Shown here in pieces: positions 9,801-15,548 of a stretch of DNA of 15,548 nucleotides (the first letter of the stretch is position 1; the number at the start of each line of letters is the position of its first letter). The stretch is from a virus (taxonomy: Duplodnaviria > Heunggongvirae > Uroviricota > Caudoviricetes): IMG/VR virus record IMGVR_UViG_2636416166_000011. One strand, written 5' to 3'. The notes beneath the pieces were generated by a model that was not told the DNA's origin, ran no database searches, and was given only the letters and a program-made list of their open reading frames with translations. A program made the translations under genes and the position numbers.

Positions 9801-9929
9801 CATACGGGCAGAAGACCGTTCTGCATCACCGGCTGCACCATTCAGAAGGTTTTTGATACGGGGAATTTCATTTTTAAACTCTGCCGCATCAATCCCCAAA
9901 TCAATGACCAGGTTGGCTATCTGGTCCAT
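6888..9929 (-). CDS. H: Tail tape measure protein H, about 1013 aa
   Basis: Long ORF with a coiled-coil-rich, Q/R/E/A-rich central region; N-terminus MDQIANLVIDLGIDAAEF and C-terminus ...NNDGTNGQIGPAALKVVYDLGKKAAADFMQQQARDGGRLSGAYR resemble lambda gpH ends. Start chosen at ATG 9929 preceded by GGAGG (9940..9944); the ORF track begins at an upstream TTG at 9959, which is possible but less likely. Confidence 0.85.
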   Translation of the reverse strand: MDQIANLVIDLGIDAAEFKNEIPRIKNLLNGAAGDAERSSARMQRFMERQTQAARQTMHAASSAATAASAHAQTVEKNARAHERMAREVEQTRLRVDALNQKMREEQAQARALAEAQDKAAAAFYRQIDSVKQAGAGLQELQRIQQQIRQARNSGGVGQQDYLALISEITAKTRALTQAEEQATRQKAAFIRQLKEQATRQNLSSSELLRARAAQLGVSSAAEVYIRKMERAGKATHSLGLKSAAARRELGVLISQMARGNFGALRGSGITLANRAGWTGALMSPKGMMTGGVIGGLVAAVLGLGKAWHDGRKEGEEFNRQLALTGHYAGVTVGQLWKLSRAISGNGITQHAAAGALAQVVGSGAFHGNDIGMVAKAAAQMERSVGQSVSDTINQFKRLKDDPVNAAKALDNALHFLTATQLEQIRVLGEQGRSSDAARIAMSALAEETGKRTSDIDNNLNALGSTLQTLSDWWKQFWDAAMNIGREDSLDAQIDALQEKIQRAKKYPWTNASTQVEYDQQRLNDLQEKKRRKDLQDAKAQAERNYQEQQKRRNAENAALNRMNETEAARHQREIARINAMQYADQAVRDAAIQRENERYEKAIKKNTRATRNDEATRLLLQYSQQQAQVEGQIAAARQSAGIATERMTEAHKQLLALQQRISDLDGKKLTADEKSVLARKNELIQALTLLDVKQQELQKQTALNDLRKKTVQLTSQLADKERALREQHNLDIATAGMGDKQRQRYQAQLRIRQEYRQQLQQLENDSRQKGTYGTEDYRRAEEVLKGSLKRQLNENKRYWQELEVAQGDWKNGAMRAFQNFTADADNAVGTAEQMFTVAFSSAGNALATFCTTGKLNFKSFTSSLLSDMARIMAQMAMMQAVKGVGSLFGFTTNADGGVYQSADLSRYSGTVVNRPTFFAFAKGAGVMGEAGPKAILPLRRGADGKLGVVADTGGSGMVMFAPQYNIGINNDGTNGQIGPAALKVVYDLGKKAAADFMQQQARDGGRLSGAYR

Positions 9930-10250
9930 AACGCACACCTCCGGAAATACCTTCCCCAAGATGCATCAGTTCTTCGTCCGTTCGCTCCGGTATCCCGTTC
10001 TCTTCCGGTAAAAGGCTGAAATCAGCCACCGCAGCATCACTGCTGCCGGACACCATTCTCACGATCAATGCCTTCAGCGAGGCAAACTGCGCATCCATCC
10101 ACACATCACTGAAGCTCTGCATCCGGAAATAATCGCCCCCTCACCAAGCTCAGTGGCCGACATTTCCGACAGCATCCGCCGCCAGTCTGCCCGCCGGAAC
10201 TCCCGGGCAAGCCGCATGACAAACTGCATTTCCCGCGTCAGGACTTTTCC
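9901..10250 (-). pseudogene. T: Tail assembly chaperone T region (expressed as G-T fusion by -1 frameshift); the T frame itself is interrupted at a C5/G5 run (10136..10140)
   Basis: The -1 frame relative to G is open from 10262 to a stop at 10074 (…AGKVLTREMQFVMRLAREFRRADWRRMLSEMSATELGEG…). A third frame is open from 10140 to 9901 (GGDYFRMQSFSDVWMDAQFASLKALIVRM…GPDSQPGH*), ending 29 nt inside H. Adding one G to the minus-strand G5 run would fuse the two into one T-length ORF of about 120 codons. Confidence 0.6.
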
Positions 10251-10627
10251 GGCGTCAGCGCCTCATGATCATCATCCCCGGCATTCTCAATGGTCCCCAT
10301 ACCGCTCAGCGACAGAACCCTCTCCGCCCCCGCGCCCAGCGCATCATACGACCATGTTGTCATAATGGATGCGCAAAGCGTCTCAACATCCTGAGACTGC
10401 TCAGCATTCCACAGTGAGCGGGAAACCAGCCAGGCATTGATATCCATTCCCATACGCAGAAAAGCAATCTGTCGTTCAGCCTCCGGCAGTTCTCCCTCCT
10501 GTGCATCAAACTTTGCCGTTCGCTGCTGAACAAACGTCAGATATTCAATTCTCTGCAGCCCGGACAGCTCACTGAGCACCACGGACTGTTTTTCATAATT
10601 AAACGTATCCTGTTTCAGAAACATCAT
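10238..10627 (-). CDS. G: Tail assembly chaperone G, about 129 aa
   Basis: ORF 10238..10642 begins at a TTG; more likely starts are the tandem ATGs at 10627/10624 (MMFLKQDTFNYEKQSVVLSELSGLQRIEYL...) with GGAG 6 nt upstream. Acidic C-terminus (...ENAGDDDHEALTPEKS). Position between V and T/H. Confidence 0.8.
   Translation of the reverse strand: MMFLKQDTFNYEKQSVVLSELSGLQRIEYLTFVQQRTAKFDAQEGELPEAERQIAFLRMGMDINAWLVSRSLWNAEQSQDVETLCASIMTTWSYDALGAGAERVLSLSGMGTIENAGDDDHEALTPEKS
10244..10250 (-). other. Putative -1 programmed ribosomal frameshift site for G-T fusion (GGAAAAG)
   Basis: Minus-strand heptamer G-GAA-AAG in the G frame, 2 codons before the G stop. The -1 frame opens just upstream at 10262, so the shift must occur in the last 8 codons of G. 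Position matches lambda, where the slip site as I recall is G-GGA-AAG. Confidence 0.4.
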
Positions 10628-10640
10628 GTTCTCCGGATGC

Positions 10641-10663
10641 AAAAAGCCCCGGATAACCGGGGC
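10641..10663 (-). terminator. Rho-independent terminator between V and G
   Basis: Minus strand GCCCCGG-TTAT-CCGGGGC followed by TTTTTG (plus stem 10646..10652 / 10657..10663, A-run 10641..10645). Begins 20 nt after the V stop and ends just before the G Shine-Dalgarno. Confidence 0.6.
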
Positions 10664-10682
10664 AATGATGAGTATCGTCCTG

Positions 10683-11423
10683 TTATGGTGCGCTGACGGT
10701 CACCGCAGCCACTGCCACAAACTCTCCGTCAGAGGTCATGCCCACGATGCTGACACTGCCCTGCTTCACGCCTTTCACCGTGGCCACAAGCCCGCTCAGG
10801 GTCACCGAAGCAGTCTGAGGATCTGACGAATGCACACTGATCGCTTTGTCACTGGCCCCGTCAGGTTTTACTGTAAAGGTCAGTGTGGTGGTTGCTCCCG
10901 CTTTGACACTGACAGATGCCGGTGCCACCGTCAGTCCGGTAACACCCACGGTTTCAGCGCCCTCCTCTGCCAGATACGGACGCCCCACACCGCTGATTTT
11001 TACAGTACGGGTCATCACCTCTTTTGAGGTAATGGTTTTACCCAGTGAACTCAGCCAGCCACGGAAAACATCAACCGTACCGTTGGGGTATTTGATACGA
11101 AACGCGCAGACTTCACCGGAATCGAACAACTGAACCAGTTTTTTCTGCCCGCTGTCACCCGGACGCCAGGCCAGCGTCGCCAAAGTATCACCGACGGATT
11201 TCTGCCCCTGGGTTGTCGTTTTCCAGTCTGCATCTTCATCATCGAGATAAGTGTCATCTTCTGCATCAGCGGTCATTTCGCCAGGTTGCAGATCCTTCAC
11301 CATCGCAAGACGCAGCCAGTCAGTGTCCGACAAAGGGTTCGCAAACGCATCGCCCTTGCCGGTGTACATCCAGAACGTCGTTCCCGCACCTTTCGTCTTT
11401 GCCAGTGGATTTGGTGTGGTCAT
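10683..11423 (-). CDS. V: Major tail tube protein V with C-terminal Ig-like (Big_2-type) domain, 246 aa
   Basis: The ORF track starts at an upstream alternative codon; the real start is ATG 11423 (MTTPNPLAKTKGAGTTFWMYTGKGDAFANPLSDTDW...) preceded by AAGGAGG. Collinear with lambda gpV as I recall (…YLDDEDADW…FPNGTVDVFRGW…) and same length. Confidence 0.9.
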   Translation of the reverse strand: MTTPNPLAKTKGAGTTFWMYTGKGDAFANPLSDTDWLRLAMVKDLQPGEMTADAEDDTYLDDEDADWKTTTQGQKSVGDTLATLAWRPGDSGQKKLVQLFDSGEVCAFRIKYPNGTVDVFRGWLSSLGKTITSKEVMTRTVKISGVGRPYLAEEGAETVGVTGLTVAPASVSVKAGATTTLTFTVKPDGASDKAISVHSSDPQTASVTLSGLVATVKGVKQGSVSIVGMTSDGEFVAVAAVTVSAP

Positions 11424-11433
11424 TGCCACCTCC

Positions 11434-11835
11434 TTAATTCGTGTACGTGATCTGGTACGTGATTTCCGCCATCGCCCAGGTGGCCATCTCATTATCACGT
11501 TGATAGTTAAAACCGAGTGGGATCATGGTGTCGATGAGTCCGGAAAGCACCGGAATATCCTTCATGGCCGGAAATATGGTGTTCTCCATCCACGTATCCA
11601 GCTCAGAATCCGGCGCCTGTGCACGGACGAAAACGGCAATATGCAGAACAGCCTGCCAGTCGTCCTCATCCGTCATTTTTCCGGTGTACTGCGCATCACT
11701 CAGCCACACCGCCACGGCGGGCAGTTCCTGCGCATCAATAAATGCCGGAAGCCCGTCAAAAAGCACGACATTCCCCCCGCATTCGCCCTTCAGGCTTGCC
11801 AGTACTGCCTGGCGGATTTGTGTGTGCCTGTTCAT
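11434..11835 (-). CDS. U: Tail tube terminator protein U, 133 aa
   Basis: MNRHTQIRQAVLASLKGECGGNVVLFDGLPAFIDAQELPAVAVWLSDAQYTG... resembles lambda gpU (MKHTELRAAVLDAL...FFDGRPAVFDEADFPAVAVYLTGAEYTG...) as I recall; ATGA overlap with the Z stop. Confidence 0.85.
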   Translation of the reverse strand: MNRHTQIRQAVLASLKGECGGNVVLFDGLPAFIDAQELPAVAVWLSDAQYTGKMTDEDDWQAVLHIAVFVRAQAPDSELDTWMENTIFPAMKDIPVLSGLIDTMIPLGFNYQRDNEMATWAMAEITYQITYTN

Positions 11836-12419
11836 CCCAAATGTATCCTCAGTTGCTGTTTCAGGGCATACCCCAGCTGTTTCGGCATTTCCGCGGCAAT
11901 GATGCGATCGCGGGCATCCTCAAATGCCTGTGTCAGCGGTCCGGCCAGCGGAATTTTCACAACCTCCACGGGCAGACGATTTTTTCTGGGCCGCCCCTTA
12001 CTGTCCTTTCCTGTTTCAAAACACGCTTCAGGAAGACGCCTGAGAACATGCCAGCGACCGTTCGCCAGCTGCTGGATAAACGCACCACGAAAAAAGTATT
12101 TCCCCACCTTCAGTCCGTCACCGGCACGCCGGCATGTTGTGCCAAGCTTAATGGCGGGCAGATTGCCCCGGTTAACACGGATACGGGCATACATTTTTCC
12201 TGCCGGACTGGCTTTAAATACCCGGACGCGCTGACGCACCAGTTTCAGGGGGCCCCCCTTCACCTGGTTATCTCCCGCAACGGTATTCCTGGCGACCTGC
12301 CGGGTGGCAACCGAGACAACTTTTGCAGCAACCCGGTTTACTGCCCATGCGCTGGCCTGCGGCACCATACGGGTATCAAGACTGTTCAGATTGCGGATGG
12401 CATTCTCAAGCCCCCTCAT
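11832..12419 (-). CDS. Z: Tail completion protein Z, 195 aa
   Basis: MRGLENAIRNLNSLDTRMVPQASAWAVNRVAAKVVSVATRQVAR...GAFIQQLANGRWHV...VVKIPLAGPLTQAF...LGYALKQQLR resembles lambda gpZ (MKGLERAIQNLNSL...GAFIQQLKNGRWHV...) as I recall. Confidence 0.85.
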   Translation of the reverse strand: MRGLENAIRNLNSLDTRMVPQASAWAVNRVAAKVVSVATRQVARNTVAGDNQVKGGPLKLVRQRVRVFKASPAGKMYARIRVNRGNLPAIKLGTTCRRAGDGLKVGKYFFRGAFIQQLANGRWHVLRRLPEACFETGKDSKGRPRKNRLPVEVVKIPLAGPLTQAFEDARDRIIAAEMPKQLGYALKQQLRIHLG

Positions 12420-12564
12420 AATATCCCCCTGCCCTTACGTTTCCTGCTCCTTCACGCCGCAACCGGATATAACTACATCCGCCGTCATCAGGAGTAATAC
12501 GATCCACGCTGAAAGACTCCCGGCCAATCATCAGCGAATCATTGCGACACAGCTGTAAAATATC
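12406..12564 (-). pseudogene. FII: Head-tail joining protein FII, 3' fragment (last 52 codons), truncated by IS66 insertion
   Basis: Minus-strand frame entering from the IS66 boundary reads DILQLCRNDSLMIGRESFSVDRITPDDGGCSYIRLRREGAGNVRAGGYYEGA*; compare my recollection of the lambda gpFII C-terminus ...RQLRRGDTLTIGEENFWVDRVSPDDGGSCHLWL.... Stop overlaps the Z start. No start codon; the frame is cut by the IS66 left end. Confidence 0.6.
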
Positions 12565-12589
12565 GTAAGCGTAAACTGACCGCCGTATG
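12565..12589. repeat. IS66-family left terminal inverted repeat
   Basis: GTAAGCGTAAACTGACCGCCGTATG, matches the right end in inverted orientation. Confidence 0.7.
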
Positions 12590-12650
12590 TAGCCATTAAG
12601 CCTGTATTGGTAACGTAGGTGCCCACCTTTTCAACTAGTGGACACCTGTT

Positions 12651-13070
12651 ATGGAACAGAAAGCATTATCTGCAGAACCCCGCAGATCATTTTCAAATGA
12701 GTTTAAACTTCAAATGGTTAAACTGGCTTCACAACCAGGAGCCTCTGTTGCCCGTATTGCCCGGGAACACGATATCAATGATAACCTGCTGTTTAAATGG
12801 CTCAGGCTCTGGCAGAACGAAGGGCGCATATCGCGGCGTCTTCCGGTAACAACCTCTTCTGACACTGGCGTTGAATTATTACCTGTGGAGATAACGCCGG
12901 ATGAGCCGAAAGAACCTGTGGCTGGTCTTACTCCGTCTTTATCTACTCAGACTACAGTTAGTGCCAGCTCCTGCAAGGTGGAGTTCCGTCACGGTAACAT
13001 GACGCTGGAAAATCCTTCACCAGAGCTGCTCACAGTGTTGATCCGTGAACTGACCGGGAGGGGACGATGA
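12651..13070 (+). CDS. IS66-family accessory protein TnpA (orf1), 139 aa
   Basis: First ORF of the element (MEQKALSAEPRRSFSNEFKLQMVKLASQPGASVARIAREHDINDNLLFKWL..., helix-turn-helix-like N-terminus); stop overlaps the orfB start (ATGA). Confidence 0.8.
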   Translation: MEQKALSAEPRRSFSNEFKLQMVKLASQPGASVARIAREHDINDNLLFKWLRLWQNEGRISRRLPVTTSSDTGVELLPVEITPDEPKEPVAGLTPSLSTQTTVSASSCKVEFRHGNMTLENPSPELLTVLIRELTGRGR

Positions 13071-13417
13071 TCTCACTCCCGTCAGGCACCCGCATCTGGC
13101 TCGTTGCTGGGATAACCGATATGCGTAAGTCTTTCAACGGGCTGGGTGAACAGGTACAGCATGTGCTGAATGATAATCCCTTCTCCGGTCACCTGTTCAT
13201 CTTCCGTGGCCGACGGGGTGACATGATTAAAATCCTGTGGGCTGATGCTGATGGTCTGTGCCTGTTCACCAGACGCCTGGAGGAAGGCCAGTTTATCTGG
13301 CCTGCTGTGCGTGACGGCAAGGTATCCATTACCCGCTCGCAACTGGCAATGCTCCTCGATAAGCTGGACTGGCGTCAGCCAAAAACATCCCGCCTTAATG
13401 CACTGACAATGTTGTAA
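13067..13417 (+). CDS. IS66-family TnpB (orf2), 116 aa
   Basis: MISLPSGTRIWLVAGITDMRKSFNGLGEQVQHVLNDNPFSGHLFIFRGRRGDMIKILWADADGLCLF... is the characteristic IS66 Orf2 sequence; translationally coupled to orfA. Confidence 0.85.
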   Translation: MISLPSGTRIWLVAGITDMRKSFNGLGEQVQHVLNDNPFSGHLFIFRGRRGDMIKILWADADGLCLFTRRLEEGQFIWPAVRDGKVSITRSQLAMLLDKLDWRQPKTSRLNALTML

Positions 13418-13447
13418 AAATGTCATGGCCGGATTATAAAAACGGCC

Positions 13448-15040
13448 ATGAATCAAAAATACCTCATTCGCATTGCAGAACTGGAATGCCAGCTCCGTCA
13501 GAAAGACCAGCAACTGAGTCTGGTTGAAGAGACGGAGGCCTTCCTGCGCTCTGCACTGGCCCGCGCCGAAGAAAAGATCGAAGAAGATGAACGGGAAATA
13601 GAACATCTGCGGGCTCAGATAGAAAAACTGCGCCGGATGCTGTTCGGTACCCGTTCTGAAAAACTGCGTCGTGAAGTTGAACAGGCTGAGGCCCTGCTGA
13701 AACAACGCGAACAGGACAGTGATCGTTACAGTGGGCGGGAAGACGATCCGCAGGTTCCCCGCCAGTTGCGACAGTCTCGTCATCGTCGCCCGTTACCGGA
13801 GCATCTGCCCCGCGAAATAAATCGCCTGGAGCCAGAAGAAAGCTGTTGCCCGGAGTGTGGCGGTGAGCTGGATTATCTGGGGGAAGTCAGCGCAGAACAA
13901 CTGGAACTGGTGAGCAGCGCTCTGAAAGTGATCCGCACAGAACGGGTAAAAAAAGCCTGTACAAAATGTGACTGCATCGTTGAAGCACCGGCACCATCCC
14001 GTCCGATAGAGCGTGGTATCGCGGGCCCGGGGTTACTTGCCCGCGTGTTAACGGGAAAATACTGCGAACACCTGCCACTGTATCGTCAGAGTGAAATTTT
14101 TGCCCGTCAGGGTGTCGAACTGAGCCGTGCATTACTCTCCAACTTGGTTGACGCGTGCTGCCAGTTAATGACGCCGCTGAATGATGCTCTGTACCGTTAT
14201 GTAATGAACAGCCGCAAAGTTCACACTGATGACACACCAGTAAAAGTGCTGGCACCGGGCAGGAAGAAGGCGAAAACAGGATATATCTGGACGTATGTCC
14301 GGGATGACAGGAATGCCGGTTCGCCAGAGCCTCCGGCGGTCTGGTTCGCCTACTCACCGGACCATCAGGGTAAACATCCGGAGCAGCACCTTAGTCCCTT
14401 CCGGGGTATCCTGCAGGCAGATGCGTTTAATGGTTACGATCGGCTGTTCAGTGCCGAACGAGAAGGCGGCGCGTTGACGGAAGCAGGATGCTGGGCTCAT
14501 GCGCGGCGCAAAGTCCACGATGTATATATCAGTACCAAAAGCGCGACAGCGGAAGAAGCCCTGAAACTAATCGGTGAGCTGTACGCCATCGAGCACGAAA
14601 TACGCGGGTTGCCGGTGTCTGAACGCCTGGCGGTCAGGCAAATGCAGAGTAAACCGCTACTGACTTCCCTGTATAAGCTGATGCAGGAGAAAGAACACAC
14701 GTTATCGAAAAAATGCCGTCTGAGAGATGCGTTCCGGTATATCAGGAAGCACTGGGTTGCGTTGTGCAACTTCAGTGATGATGGTCTGGCTGAGGCGGAT
14801 AATAATGCCGCGGAAAGAGCGCTTCGTGCAGTCTGTCTCGGAAAGAAAAACTTTATGTTCTTCGGCAGCGATCACGGTGGAGAGCGTGGTGCGCTACTGT
14901 ACGGGCTGATCGGCACCTGCCGACTGAACGGTATCGATCCGGAAGCGTATCTGCGCTATATCCTGAGCGTACTGCCGGAATGGCCTTCCAACCGTGTTGA
15001 CGAACTCCTGCCATGGAACGTAGCACTCACCAATAAATAA
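13448..15040 (+). CDS. IS66-family transposase TnpC (orf3), 530 aa
   Basis: N-terminal coiled-coil/leucine-zipper region, zinc-ribbon CPECGGEL...CTKCDC, then DDE-type catalytic core (…HTDDTPVKVL…YIWTYV…, …DAFNGYD…, …CWAHARRKV…); ends just before the right inverted repeat. Confidence 0.85.
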   Translation: MNQKYLIRIAELECQLRQKDQQLSLVEETEAFLRSALARAEEKIEEDEREIEHLRAQIEKLRRMLFGTRSEKLRREVEQAEALLKQREQDSDRYSGREDDPQVPRQLRQSRHRRPLPEHLPREINRLEPEESCCPECGGELDYLGEVSAEQLELVSSALKVIRTERVKKACTKCDCIVEAPAPSRPIERGIAGPGLLARVLTGKYCEHLPLYRQSEIFARQGVELSRALLSNLVDACCQLMTPLNDALYRYVMNSRKVHTDDTPVKVLAPGRKKAKTGYIWTYVRDDRNAGSPEPPAVWFAYSPDHQGKHPEQHLSPFRGILQADAFNGYDRLFSAEREGGALTEAGCWAHARRKVHDVYISTKSATAEEALKLIGELYAIEHEIRGLPVSERLAVRQMQSKPLLTSLYKLMQEKEHTLSKKCRLRDAFRYIRKHWVALCNFSDDGLAEADNNAAERALRAVCLGKKNFMFFGSDHGGERGALLYGLIGTCRLNGIDPEAYLRYILSVLPEWPSNRVDELLPWNVALTNK

Positions 15041-15045
15041 GCGTC

Positions 15046-15308
<263 letters not shown>

Positions 15309-15548
15309 CCCCTTCTCATTCAGGCCACGGATAATGGTGGTGTACAGACCATCCTGCGTGCTCAGTGACGGCGGGAATGAAGTTTCAATCGGACGAACAA
15401 CGACCACGCCAGAATTCAGATCGGTGTGCTCATTCAGGAGATCGATTTGCCAGTCAACAAAGGCGCGCAGGAAGTTACCTTCACCAAACTGAATGATACG
15501 TTCTGGATACTGTGCACCGGGAATATCGCGACGATTTAGTGTTTTCAC
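15309..15548 (-). pseudogene. uxaB: Altronate oxidoreductase (tagaturonate reductase) UxaB, N-terminal 80 codons only; 3' part removed at the IS3-family element end
   Basis: Minus-strand translation from the window edge (GTG at 15548..15546) [80 protein letters not shown] matches my recollection of the E. coli UxaB N-terminus (mannitol-dehydrogenase family Rossmann fold). The stop codon ending the ORF at 15306..15308 is the terminal TGA of the IS element, not a native stop; the full protein is about 480 aa. Confidence 0.7.

Noticed and set aside
11251-12497. Plus-strand ORFs 11251..12234 (327 aa) and 11742..12497 (251 aa) across V, U and Z
   Set aside because: Antisense to three collinear, lambda-like tail genes that have proper starts and ribosome-binding sites; the translations are Arg/Pro/Ser-rich.
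13082-13783. 233-aa minus-strand ORF (and 13887..14357, 14497..14769) inside the IS66 element
   Set aside because: Antisense to IS66 orfB and orfC, which match the known IS66 family organisation.

Overview
This window is the tail module of a lambda-like (siphovirus) prophage in an E. coli/Shigella-type chromosome, with every gene on the minus strand in canonical lambda order: FII' (3' fragment), Z, U, V, G, T, H, M, L, K, I, J, lom and the start of stf. The prophage is cut inside FII at 12564/12565 by a complete IS66-family element (12565..15070, three + strand ORFs, imperfect terminal inverted repeats starting GTAAGCG, no target-site duplication). That element abuts the right-end fragment of an IS3-family (IS911-like) element (15071..15308), which truncates the chromosomal gene uxaB after codon 80 (15309..15548). 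No head, lysis or regulatory genes are present, so this is a defective, tail-only prophage remnant. Three tail genes (T, L, J) have broken reading frames, two of them at 5-nt C/G homopolymers; I cannot tell genuine pseudogenisation from indel sequencing error without reads. I found no CRISPR array, tRNA/rRNA gene, or convincing candidate for a novel defence or other undescribed system: essentially every base is accounted for by phage tail genes, IS elements and the uxaB fragment. Identifications rest on my own translation of the sequence and recollection of phage lambda proteins; no database search was run.
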